Positions 35,401-43,751 of a stretch of 64,000 nucleotides of DNA are shown here, one piece after another. The stretch lies in IMG/VR virus record IMGVR_UViG_3300012200_000001, positions 1-64,000 of that record; one strand, given 5' to 3'. Position numbers and translations under genes: made by a program. The notes beneath the pieces are model-generated. The model worked only from the letters and a program-made list of their open reading frames with translations. It was not told the DNA's origin and searched no databases. Positions within the stretch are counted from its first letter, which is position 1, and the number at the start of each line of letters is the position of its first letter. This stretch comes from a virus. Lineage: Duplodnaviria; Caudoviricetes.

Positions 35401-36336
35401 TACGCGGTTGGTCACATAGGTGAGGAAGTCGCGCGCGATGGTGATTCGGTGCGCGTGCCGCTGGTGATCATGGATAGCAAGGCCATTGAGGCTTACGAGA
35501 AACATGGCGTGAAAGAATTGTCAGTTGGCTATTCGACCGACTTGCGGTGGGGCAAGGGCCGCACACCGGATGGTGAAATCTACGATGCCAAGCAGACTGC
35601 GATACGCGGGAATCATCTGGCCGTCGTCCCCGCTGCCAGAGGCGGATCGCGATTGAAGATCGGGGACGATCACCAGAAAGGAAGGACCGACATGGTGAAG
35701 ATTCTCGTAGACGGTCAGAGCATCGGGTTCGAGGACGAACTCGCTGCCAAGCACGTACAAAACTTTATCGGATCGCTGCAAACGCAGTTGGATGCTGCCA
35801 GGAAAAAGAACGGCAACAACAATAACAAGGAGGGCAGTGCTGCCGAGGAAGAGCAGGAGAGCGAGAAGGAAGAGCGCGGCGAGAAGGATGCTGCATTCGC
35901 GGCCATGAAAGGCGAGGTGGCGGCGCTCAAGAAGCAACTCGCTGACGCTCTTGCCAAGACTGATCCCAAAGCCATCGATGCGGAGGCGGAGCGGCGGATC
36001 GATCTGCTGCTGAAGGCCGATGCCGTGATGGAGGGCAAGGCCGACTTCAAAGGCAAGCCGGATACGGAGATCGTGCGCACCGTCGTCATGACTAAGATGG
36101 GCGATGCCGCTAAGGACCTCTCCGACGCCGAGATGGTGGGCGCATTCAAAATCCTGACTGCGAACCTCAAGCCGCGTTCAGGCACAGACCGTCTCGCAGA
36201 TAGCTTGTTGCTGCTCGGTCATGGCGGCGGCAGCAGCGATCAGACCAATCCCAAGGCGATCAGAGACAAAGCCTACGCGGATTATGTCGCCAATACCTCG
36301 AACGCCTGGAAGAATCCTCGCGGCGCGGCACAGTAA
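32488..36336 (+). CDS. ChaB + cargo domains + DUF2213 prohead protease/scaffold fusion
   Basis: N-terminal MPY...P.H.Q.IF..AFN.A...E.AH..AW.AVK..Y (ChaB); PIVIS.D.YILDGHH (ParB-like); DGYL.A.ARIARTGIQLY...NKPITLNHP...KELSVGY...GNHLAVV..ARGG (DUF2213). Confidence 0.9.
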   Translation: MPYKASQIPSGTEKVPKHGQAIFRSAFNAAFEKYGEERAHAIAWSAVKAKYKKKGDRWVSKDGYAVMHRLGDYDPDQPRVPAGESGGGQWAGGGGGPAGRGELHLTKAEGLSEKPEIARTFGFGQGIEGISGGLGGAEGELGAGTFGKSEPAGGAKASPGVPKELVKAIEDHVGGMGGEFGQHGSADLTRWLMLARKDQMLKLIDDMPANKRPALLLHKGDEKAGMPSVWLLGWSGTEQTDIHDHVRSEVGISVLRGNIANEWNHPPAGYLDAAKSPDGLRMPVNKDTLPEGTTVQLEAPYIHLMRGTAPSKASGERDISVHAYHPPLKQMHYFKSRGGALHYDGDWDEDRPPSEYSTRDCACCSLLDEAAGHPFRGNQYTTGESGGGNGQPAESTGEHGQKVKAFLSLSSAKSVIRSAINETIRAGEHIVKHESEIAVTSGILAALTALGAPSVPAAVCATIAGYAVHRVAHSLGIDAGAAHRLLKATTGGLRNMSERARRSGMHGGGFPEQALGFGDADDGSVSRSLRLLDDALNRHTLDELDRFIEEYESGRFHRDEEAGHPFRGNQYTTGESGGGKGEEGGGGRGGGGEEVHPGKGYSKEARVDEKGVIHTENVDDAARALTEGRKVELNQPRQVSTLLDKLGEIAKAALAKGEKAPNFNLCDVSVKGTNLFCAETKGFTRIEMPQLEDTKGFLDYLKARGHTVKDGEEYAAHLRATQNELKGAQVAALANFMETGIGKDGKVDKEAAAKLQDRPIVISKDDYILDGHHSWAAKIGMDARDNILADDKKMNVRRVDTDIITLLYAADDFTGGKGKKSAKDRAKDRVMMDQRKQCPGCYGSGLDLEGDQCDECDGTGYIDNDDDDVEDGRRRQTDSIHLIENAVFVQDRDGKIVRKTKDGYLVANARIARTGIQLYDGAEIGKPDMGVVRVYRPESEVFSAKAMHSLANKPITLNHPPVMVDAKNWDEYAVGHIGEEVARDGDSVRVPLVIMDSKAIEAYEKHGVKELSVGYSTDLRWGKGRTPDGEIYDAKQTAIRGNHLAVVPAARGGSRLKIGDDHQKGRTDMVKILVDGQSIGFEDELAAKHVQNFIGSLQTQLDAARKKNGNNNNKEGSAAEEEQESEKEERGEKDAAFAAMKGEVAALKKQLADALAKTDPKAIDAEAERRIDLLLKADAVMEGKADFKGKPDTEIVRTVVMTKMGDAAKDLSDAEMVGAFKILTANLKPRSGTDRLADSLLLLGHGGGSSDQTNPKAIRDKAYADYVANTSNAWKNPRGAAQ

Positions 36337-36342
36337 AGTAAC

Positions 36343-36369
36343 GCGCTGCAGTAAAGCTGCTGCGCTTTT
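36343..36369 (+). terminator. Imperfect hairpin plus T4 between the protease and decoration genes
   Basis: GCGCTGCAG/CTGCTGCGC then TTTT. Confidence 0.35.
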
Positions 36370-36393
36370 GAAAATAGAAAAGGAGATAAGGGC

Positions 36394-36876
36394 ATGTTGA
36401 CTCCGGCCCCCGTTCAAACCGACTACATTCGCTATCAACTTCCCGCCCAAAACGGGATGCTTGCTAGCTCGATCAACTACTCGGCGGACACGCGGATTGT
36501 AGAGGTCGTCAGTGGCGGTGCCACTGCTATCCCGTTTGGTCGCGCCGTCAGTCAAGGCGTAAAACCCAAAGGCTGCCACCTCGGCGGCACCGCCTTTGTG
36601 GGCCTTTCCCGCGCTGATCCGACGGTCGCTCGCTCGGAGACTCTTCCTATCGATGAGTATCCGGAGAACGACAACGCGGGCATCCTGGTGACCGGCGACC
36701 TGTGGGTCATCGTTGCCGGTGATGTGACTGCTGGCCAGTCGATCCATTACAACACAACCGACGGCAAGCTTAGCGCCGCCGGTGGCACCGCCATCGACAG
36801 CTCACGCTGGATGACGACGGCTACATCTGGCCACCTCGCCGTCGCACGTCTCGGCAACATCGCTGGCAAAGCGTAA
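36394..36876 (+). CDS. Head decoration / cement protein
   Basis: Between scaffold and MCP; IPFGRAV, G.LWV, W.T....G.LA..RL. Confidence 0.75.
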   Translation: MLTPAPVQTDYIRYQLPAQNGMLASSINYSADTRIVEVVSGGATAIPFGRAVSQGVKPKGCHLGGTAFVGLSRADPTVARSETLPIDEYPENDNAGILVTGDLWVIVAGDVTAGQSIHYNTTDGKLSAAGGTAIDSSRWMTTATSGHLAVARLGNIAGKA

Positions 36877-36897
36877 ACAGCGCTCAATACGGGAGAC

Positions 36898-37866
36898 ATG
36901 AATATGCGCCTTGATATCTACGACAACCCTCAACAGGCGCTCGGCTTCCTGTTGAGCCAGACTGCTTTCATCGAGCAGGAAGTTTACCGGACGCAATACC
37001 CGGAAATAATTTATCAGCAGCTCATTCCTATCGACACCGCTGCTGGTGAGTGGGCCAAATCGGTCACCTACTTCAGCCTCGACCGGGTCGGTCAGGCTCA
37101 ATGGCTGAGCAACGTAGCGACCGATATGCCGTACGCCGATGTCAATCGTAATAAGTACGAGCAAGGCATCGAGATGGCTGGCATTGGCTACACCTACACG
37201 CTCGAGGAGATCGGCCAGGCGTTGATGATTCCTGGTTTGAACCTCACCGGGGAGCGTGCCGACGCAGCAAGATTCTCCTACGAAATGTTCATGGACAACC
37301 ATGCGTATCGTGGAGATGCGACCAAGAACGTGACCGGATTGTTCAACAATCCGACCGTCACGGTGGTCACAGCGAAGACCGGTGCAGGAGGTTCGACGCA
37401 CTGGTCGCTGAAGACGGCGGACGAGATCATCGGCGATGTGCAGGATGCTCTCACCGGCATTTACGCAGGAAGCCTGACCGTTGAGATGGCGGACACGGTG
37501 TTGCTGCCAGTTGGCGAAATGCAGAAGCTCGCCAACATTCGCATCCCGAATACCTACGGCAACGCACTCGACTATCTGGCTCGCTACAATCTCTACACGT
37601 TCAACACAGGTGCGCCGCTCACGATCCGCGGTGTGATTGGTCTCGACTCTGCGGGCGCAGACGGTGGCGGACGCATGGTCGTATATCGGCGCGATCCGCG
37701 TGTGCTCAAGTTACACATTCCAATGCCGCACCGCTTCCTGCCGGTGTTCCAGCGTAGTGCGATCCAGTTCGACATCCCTGGCATCTTCCGCGTTGGCTCC
37801 GTCGAGGTTCGGCGTCCGGGTGCCGTGCGGTATGTCGATGGCATCAGCGGTGTTGGGTCGCCCTAG
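36898..37866 (+). CDS. Major capsid protein (DUF2184 family, HK97 fold)
   Basis: FL.SQ...IE..VY..QYP, G.GY.YTLEE.GQA, GLFNNP, GRMVVYRRDP..L...IPMP..F, GSVE.RRP.A..Y.DGI. Confidence 0.92.
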   Translation: MNMRLDIYDNPQQALGFLLSQTAFIEQEVYRTQYPEIIYQQLIPIDTAAGEWAKSVTYFSLDRVGQAQWLSNVATDMPYADVNRNKYEQGIEMAGIGYTYTLEEIGQALMIPGLNLTGERADAARFSYEMFMDNHAYRGDATKNVTGLFNNPTVTVVTAKTGAGGSTHWSLKTADEIIGDVQDALTGIYAGSLTVEMADTVLLPVGEMQKLANIRIPNTYGNALDYLARYNLYTFNTGAPLTIRGVIGLDSAGADGGGRMVVYRRDPRVLKLHIPMPHRFLPVFQRSAIQFDIPGIFRVGSVEVRRPGAVRYVDGISGVGSP

Positions 37867-37943
37867 TAACTGAGTGCTTTTTGTTAGAGGCCGGGAGCGG
37901 GTGGGAGGCCCGCGCCTGGAAAAATTTTGGAGGAGAGAAGAAC

Positions 37944-38249
37944 ATGCCGACGAAGAAAAGTGAGACTGAGTGGAGCAATGAGCCGGTGGCGGACCTCGAT
38001 GCGGAGAGGATGAAACCCACACCGCGTGAAAAGATGGTCGCTGACCTGACCGAAAAGGCTAAAGACGTTAAGCCGCAGCGCTACGACATCACCAGCAAGA
38101 ACGCCAAGGCGCTGCGCGTGGTGCACGATCATCACGGCAACAAAGTCGCACTTCAGCCCGGAGAGACAAAGCGCAGCATCCTGCTGCGTCCGGATCTCGC
38201 CGAATATCTCGGCAAAGGGGACCTGACCCTGACGGCGAGCACAGTGTGA
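37944..38249 (+). CDS. Small post-capsid protein (probable virion component)
   Basis: GGAGGAG SD; C-terminal domain aligns without gaps to the N-terminus of the 61497 ORF. Confidence 0.7.
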   Translation: MPTKKSETEWSNEPVADLDAERMKPTPREKMVADLTEKAKDVKPQRYDITSKNAKALRVVHDHHGNKVALQPGETKRSILLRPDLAEYLGKGDLTLTASTV

Positions 38250-38677
38250 TGCGCCTTGGAATGATGACGACGCAGGGAACGGGAGGTCATCCGGCATGGA
38301 AACATGCTGAGGTCACAGCCGATAAGCTGGTAATTGATCCAGAGCCGAGTGTTGCCGACTACGCCGCCAAGTGCGAAGCGGCGGCCCACCTGCGGCGTAA
38401 GCTGCGTGACGCGCTTGAGAAGCATCATGAGGACGTGAAGCAGCACGAACTCGCACAGCTTCAGGCGAACTCTGCAACGCGGATCAAGGCGGCGCTCGAA
38501 CCTGAGAGTCGGCACGTCGACGAGGCGGTTGCCACGATCCAGGGCCTGACCAAAGGCACGCTGCTAGAAGAGCACTATGCCAAACCAGAAGTGGTGCAAG
38601 CGATGCGCGAGGTGCTGGCCTGCGAGTTCAGGACGCAGCAGTACATTCACCGCCAGGAGGCGGGCAAGGGAGCATGA
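38246..38677 (+). CDS. Hypothetical head/neck-region protein
   Basis: Operon position with 4-nt overlap. Confidence 0.65.
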   Translation: MMRLGMMTTQGTGGHPAWKHAEVTADKLVIDPEPSVADYAAKCEAAAHLRRKLRDALEKHHEDVKQHELAQLQANSATRIKAALEPESRHVDEAVATIQGLTKGTLLEEHYAKPEVVQAMREVLACEFRTQQYIHRQEAGKGA

Positions 38678-38680
38678 GCT

Positions 38681-39139
38681 ATGCCGGGCTTCACCACAGC
38701 AATGCCGACCAGTTACAAGGCGGAGCTGCCGCAGGCGATTCACAACCACACGGCAATAACCGGCGACGATTTCAAATGCGCGCTTGGCGTGGGAACGCCA
38801 TCTGGTACATTCGACGCAACCACAACCAACTATTCGGCGCTTAGCTCCGACGAGGTTGCCAACGGCAACGGCTATACAACCGGAGGCTTCGACTTCACTG
38901 CGGCCAACAACACCACACCATTAAGCGCAAGCGGCACGGCCTACTGGCAGTGGGGCGTGAACCCGAGCTGGTCGAGCGCGACGTTCTCGACCTCGGGCTG
39001 CATCATCTACAACGCGAGCAAGTCCAACCGCGCAGTCTATGTCGGCTCGTTCGGCGGCATACAGTCGGTGACCAACGGCACGCTCACGCTGGTCATGCCG
39101 ACGAACGGGAACACGACTTCGCTGCTGAGAATCCAATAG
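38681..39139 (+). CDS. Conserved virion structural (fibre-base-like) protein
   Basis: SYKAEL...HN....D.FK.AL...TT.Y....EV..G.GYT.GG...W..AT....G.IIYN. Confidence 0.7.
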   Translation: MPGFTTAMPTSYKAELPQAIHNHTAITGDDFKCALGVGTPSGTFDATTTNYSALSSDEVANGNGYTTGGFDFTAANNTTPLSASGTAYWQWGVNPSWSSATFSTSGCIIYNASKSNRAVYVGSFGGIQSVTNGTLTLVMPTNGNTTSLLRIQ

Positions 39140-39148
39140 GGGCGGCTA

Positions 39149-40186
39149 GTGGCCCTGGTCTTCACAGACGCCTTCGACTCCTACGCCGCGACGGCAGACC
39201 TCATCAAGAAGTGGGGCACAGCATCCGGCGGCTTCACGTGGGGCGCGACTGCTGGCCGCAACGGTGCAGGGGGTGTCACATGCGCGGCTGGAGCCGCAGG
39301 CGGTATATTTCAAACCCCGAGCATTCTTGGCGGTGTCGCGAGCGGAATCTTTCACTTTGGTTTTTACATCAAGTTTTCGGCGATCCCCTCTAGCCTCTAT
39401 GAGTTTCTGGAACCTGTCCGCTCGGATACCGGGGCTCCAGGGCACTTGCTGGGAATCCAAACCGGCACTGGCTTTCTGCAGCTGATAAATGCGGTTGCCA
39501 CCGTACAGGCGACCGGAACCCGCAATGTCTGTGATAATAATTGGCACTGGATTGAGGTAAAGTACAATTTAGCGAACGCAGCCAATTTACAAACGGTATA
39601 CGTTGACAGCACGCAGGATATTTCTGGGTCATTCAACGTGACCAATGCTTTTACTTTTGGGCCTATTCGCTTTGTGCAGGCCAACGTGGGCTGCGCGATC
39701 AACGGAATAGACGACGTCATCGTTTACGACGACACCGGAGATTCCCCGAAGGATTCGGATTACCCGCTAGGCCCGCGTGAGATACTGACGTTACGCCCGA
39801 ATGGCGACAGCGCGGTGCAATTCACGCCAAACAGCGGTGTGACCAACTGGACACGGGTGAATGAGACCGTTGCCGATGGTGACACAACCTATGTGCAGGA
39901 CGGCAACGTAGGCGATCAAGACCTCTATACCTATGCCGCTCCCGGTATCACGCCGTCGCAGATCAACGGCGTGATGCTCAACTCTTACGTAGAGAATCCG
40001 AACGCGGGCACACTCAACTTCAAGCAGATTTGCAAGAACGGCGCGACGCAGATCGACGGCACCAGTATGCAAGCGCCGTCGGGCTACACGACCAAGCAGC
40101 AGTATTTCGGACACGATCCCAACACCGGCTCGGTGTGGACGCCGAGCACGCTCGCCACGGCAACATTCGGAATGAAGGTCGCCTGA
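39149..40186 (+). CDS. Concanavalin/LamG-like virion protein (paralogue of 57163-58224)
   Basis: D.FD.Y...WHWIEVK...IDDV.VYD...PNGD...DGDTTYV. Confidence 0.65.
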   Translation: MALVFTDAFDSYAATADLIKKWGTASGGFTWGATAGRNGAGGVTCAAGAAGGIFQTPSILGGVASGIFHFGFYIKFSAIPSSLYEFLEPVRSDTGAPGHLLGIQTGTGFLQLINAVATVQATGTRNVCDNNWHWIEVKYNLANAANLQTVYVDSTQDISGSFNVTNAFTFGPIRFVQANVGCAINGIDDVIVYDDTGDSPKDSDYPLGPREILTLRPNGDSAVQFTPNSGVTNWTRVNETVADGDTTYVQDGNVGDQDLYTYAAPGITPSQINGVMLNSYVENPNAGTLNFKQICKNGATQIDGTSMQAPSGYTTKQQYFGHDPNTGSVWTPSTLATATFGMKVA

Positions 40187-40187
40187 G

Positions 40188-40844
40188 ATGCAAAATGGAA
40201 AGATGCCACTCGTTGCACTCTGCCTTCCATCCGGCGGGACGTGGAAGGCGAAAATGGGAATGGATCTGCTCTACCTCGTCACCTACACGCTGAGCCAGGG
40301 CGTGCAGATCATGCCGATTTGCAACGAAGGTTCATCGATATCGAATGGCCGCAATCACCTTGTTCTCAACGCGCTGGCGATCAAGGCCGACTACCTGTTC
40401 TTCGTGGACACCGATATCACCCATCCACCGGACGGGCTGCTGCGATTGAAGGCACATGACAAGGACGTGGTGTGCGCCACGTATAACCGGCGCATTCCAC
40501 CCTACGACACGCTCGGCGTTTGGGAGGGCGAGTGGAAGCCGGACAAGGACGGCAAGGTCGGTATCGTCAAGGCAACCAAGATTCCGACCGGTTTCCTGCT
40601 CCTGAAGGCGGTAGTGTTCAAGAAGATGAAAGGGCCGCCGTGGTTCATGGAGGTTTACACGCAGGCAACCATCAGTGACCGCAATCAAACCGGCCACATC
40701 TCCGACGATTACGTGTTCTCGCACCGGCTAATCGAGGAGGGTTTTCAACCGTACATCGATCTCGACCTGACGTTTGAGATTGGTCACATCGGCGAGCGCG
40801 TGATCGTGGCCGAGCGGCCCAAGCTGCAGCAGGCCGCGCAATGA
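40188..40844 (+). CDS. Glycosyltransferase, GT-A fold (GT2-like)
   Basis: ALCLPS, RN.LV..AL...ADYLFFVDTD, TGFLL....VF, SDDY.F, GHIG. Confidence 0.85.
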   Translation: MQNGKMPLVALCLPSGGTWKAKMGMDLLYLVTYTLSQGVQIMPICNEGSSISNGRNHLVLNALAIKADYLFFVDTDITHPPDGLLRLKAHDKDVVCATYNRRIPPYDTLGVWEGEWKPDKDGKVGIVKATKIPTGFLLLKAVVFKKMKGPPWFMEVYTQATISDRNQTGHISDDYVFSHRLIEEGFQPYIDLDLTFEIGHIGERVIVAERPKLQQAAQ

Positions 40845-41179
40845 GAAATCTTTTACCCGATTGGATCAAGCGCCGCGAAGATCGCCACGGCTACCGGCTG
40901 ATCGGGGCATATGCACGAACCGATCCGAAGGACGTGCGCGATGTCGCGCGCTTGTGCTTGGAGCGATGCCGCAACATGCGCTGGCATCCCAATATCGAGG
41001 ACCAACTCGCGCTTGAGTTTTTCCTGGGTGCATCTGTGGGTGCAGTGGCGGCGGGAAGCACGCTGCTGGCAAACCGGATCGCCTGGGCCGCCACCAACAT
41101 TGTGGCTAAGCACGGTATGCGCGGAATCGCCGCTCTTGAGCGTGGAGAGGCGGACATTCCCAAGAATGGAGCGAACTGA
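40841..41179 (+). CDS. Hypothetical protein
   Basis: Operon position. Confidence 0.6.
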   Translation: MRNLLPDWIKRREDRHGYRLIGAYARTDPKDVRDVARLCLERCRNMRWHPNIEDQLALEFFLGASVGAVAAGSTLLANRIAWAATNIVAKHGMRGIAALERGEADIPKNGAN

Positions 41180-41745
41180 TGCCCAGTCAGGGATGGGAGC
41201 AGGCCATTGTCAATGCGCAGGCTGCGGGCAGTTCGGTCTCCAATACCACGACATCAACCACGCTGTTGCCGACGCACGCGCTGTTCACGCTTCCCGCCAA
41301 CTTCTTCAACGTCGGTACGCTGCTCAAGTTCACCAGCATCGGCCAGATCAGCAATGTGGTGACGACGCCTGGCACGATCACGCTCGACGTGCGCTTCGGT
41401 GCGGTTGTCGTGTTCAATGGTGGCGCGGCGCAGATGTCTACTACGGCGCACACGACGCTGCCGTATTGGTGGGAGGCAATATCAACGTGCCGCGCCATCG
41501 GCTCGGGCACCAGCGCAAACCTGATGAGCCAGGGCAGGCTGACGGGTCAGATGATCTCGGCTACGGCGGTAGCCGACTCCACCTCGACGCATGGCACGTT
41601 GTTGACACCCAACACGGCGCCCGCGGTGGGCACCGGTTTTGACAGTACGGCCACACAGCAGATCAACCACTTTGTGACATTCAGTGTCACGACCAACCCG
41701 ACCAACATTACGCTTCAACAATGGATCGTTGAGTCCTTGAACTAA
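41179..41745 (+). CDS. Thr-rich beta-structured virion protein
   Basis: Composition and position. Confidence 0.65.
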   Translation: MPSQGWEQAIVNAQAAGSSVSNTTTSTTLLPTHALFTLPANFFNVGTLLKFTSIGQISNVVTTPGTITLDVRFGAVVVFNGGAAQMSTTAHTTLPYWWEAISTCRAIGSGTSANLMSQGRLTGQMISATAVADSTSTHGTLLTPNTAPAVGTGFDSTATQQINHFVTFSVTTNPTNITLQQWIVESLN

Positions 41746-42272
41746 TGGCCAACCCCCCGCCTACAAACAGCCCACGGTCTAACAAGCCGTATGCGGTCCC
41801 TTTCACAAAGGGGCCATTTCGGCGTTTCCCTCAGCTTAAATCCGGGGCATCTCCAAGCGTTCGGCTATCGCAGCAATATACGGAGGTCGTCCACAGCGGC
41901 AGTGATCCCAAGATCCGGCTATCGCAGCAGTACACTGAGGTCGTTCAGAGCGGCGGCAACACCAAGATTCGGCTGTCGCAGCAATACATCGAGGTCATTG
42001 TCAATTTCGGCCAACCCCCGCCCAACAACGGCAAGGGCAAGGCTCCGGGGCAAGGCAAGAAGCCGCCTAAAGATGTAACGGCATTGTGGCTCAAGCGGCT
42101 CCGTTTTGCCGAGGCGCGCAAGACCTGGCGCTTCATGCCGAATGCCCAGGTCTACGCGAGCCCGGGCTTTGCGTATGTTCCGCAAGTGCCGCCCCCGTAC
42201 ATGTGGCGCGACCGCAAGCATGTCGTCACGGTTGGCACTTCTTCCCGCGCAGTGAGGACAGAAAATGAGTAG
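41745..42272 (+). CDS. Protein with three 17-aa RLSQQYxEV repeats
   Basis: VRLSQQYTEVVHSGSDP / IRLSQQYTEVVQSGGNT / IRLSQQYIEVIV. Confidence 0.7.
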   Translation: MANPPPTNSPRSNKPYAVPFTKGPFRRFPQLKSGASPSVRLSQQYTEVVHSGSDPKIRLSQQYTEVVQSGGNTKIRLSQQYIEVIVNFGQPPPNNGKGKAPGQGKKPPKDVTALWLKRLRFAEARKTWRFMPNAQVYASPGFAYVPQVPPPYMWRDRKHVVTVGTSSRAVRTENE

Positions 42273-42738
42273 GCGATACACAATCGTTGAGCCGTCCTTC
42301 GCTGCGGCGGCCAACATGAATCTGATCGAGATCAAGGGTGCGTCCGGCAAGGTGCTTGAAGTGCTGCGCTGGTGGTGGAGACCTACCGATAACACGCTCG
42401 CGCCCGCGCAGGTGCTCTACACCCGCTGTCGATTGCTTCCAGCGACAGTGACGGATGCGACAGGCGGCGTGAATAGCTCGCCGTCAATTATGGCCAACGA
42501 CGGCGGTGACACCGCTGCTGGCTTTACCGCGATCACCAAGGGCACGGCGGGAGCCTCCACATCCGGCACGGCGCGGCTCTACGACTCGGCAGGCTCGCAT
42601 TCCTATAACGGCTATGACCAGACCATCGAGGAGGGCGTCACAGTCAAGTCCGGTGAGGCGTTTGTGTTTGAGATCGTCGGCAGCGTCACGACAACGATCA
42701 ACATTACGGTCGGTGCGGAGGTTGAGGAGATCGGATGA
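42265..42738 (+). CDS. Probable virion structural protein
   Basis: Beta-rich; operon position. Confidence 0.6.
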   Translation: MSRRYTIVEPSFAAAANMNLIEIKGASGKVLEVLRWWWRPTDNTLAPAQVLYTRCRLLPATVTDATGGVNSSPSIMANDGGDTAAGFTAITKGTAGASTSGTARLYDSAGSHSYNGYDQTIEEGVTVKSGEAFVFEIVGSVTTTINITVGAEVEEIG

Positions 42739-43751
42739 CGCGCGTTCGCTACCGCGAGAGAACTGTTGTCCGGCGTCTGGTCGCGGGCGGCCCATTCGCT
42801 GGGCCGGCAACATCCATCGATCTGACTGCGATTTTCGGGACTGGGACGGCGGGGACGCTCGCGCCGCAAATCAGCGATGTTCTTAATCTCGTTGGAGTGC
42901 TCGGCACCGGGGCAGCAGGTACGCTAGGGCCAATTACCCAGCTCACGCTCCCCAGCATTCATGCAACCGGCACCGCGCAGGCGTTGGTTGCTGCGGTCTC
43001 GGTGGCGTTGCAGTCCGCACACGGCATCGGAGCTGCGGGCACGCCCGTGGCTGGCATTGCTGTCCCGCTCAGCAGCGCGCACGGCATCGGCACGCCTGCC
43101 ACATTCGCGATCTCGGTGGGTCAGACGCTTTCGCTGGTTTCCGTTCATGGCATTGGCCAGATGGCATCCTTCGGGGTGCAGTTCGGCAAGGACATCGCAC
43201 TCGCCTCAGTATTCGGCGCGGGCGAGGCGGGTCTGTTGGTCAACAGGGTGGCTGTTCCGCTCGGCTCTGTGTTTGGTGCGGGGCATGGCTCTGCATTCTT
43301 CATCGAGGCTGGCAGCAATGTCCCGTTGGCTCCGGTTTATGGATTAGGGGCGGTTGCCAGCCTTACTACTGCCGAGCGCGTGGCGCTGGCAGCCATATTC
43401 GGCGTTGGCACAGTTGAGGAGCTTACACGTGAATTTGGTCTGCCGCTCACTGGCGCACTTGCCTACGGCGTGGCGGCACCGGTTGGGCTTGAATTTGAGG
43501 TATTCCTGCCGGGAGTGTTTAGCATCGGCCTGGCCGAGCCGTTTGAGCACATCTCATTTGCGCCGTGGCTGCTACGGCGGGTTGCGCTGCATGGGCAAGA
43601 GCCAACGGCGACCCTGCAGGGCGAGCGGCCTGTCCCGGTTATCAGGGGAGCGCAGTCAAGCCCGCTCCTGCGCGGGCGGCGTCTCAGCATCGATCTGCGC
43701 GGGATCGTGCCGCGCGTGACGATTAAGGGCGATTGGGAGAAAGACCATTGA
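42735..43751 (+). CDS. Gly/Ala-rich repeat fibre-like protein
   Basis: About a dozen ~20-aa repeats with L.S(A/V)(H/F)G.G core. Confidence 0.7.
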   Translation: MTRVRYRERTVVRRLVAGGPFAGPATSIDLTAIFGTGTAGTLAPQISDVLNLVGVLGTGAAGTLGPITQLTLPSIHATGTAQALVAAVSVALQSAHGIGAAGTPVAGIAVPLSSAHGIGTPATFAISVGQTLSLVSVHGIGQMASFGVQFGKDIALASVFGAGEAGLLVNRVAVPLGSVFGAGHGSAFFIEAGSNVPLAPVYGLGAVASLTTAERVALAAIFGVGTVEELTREFGLPLTGALAYGVAAPVGLEFEVFLPGVFSIGLAEPFEHISFAPWLLRRVALHGQEPTATLQGERPVPVIRGAQSSPLLRGRRLSIDLRGIVPRVTIKGDWEKDH

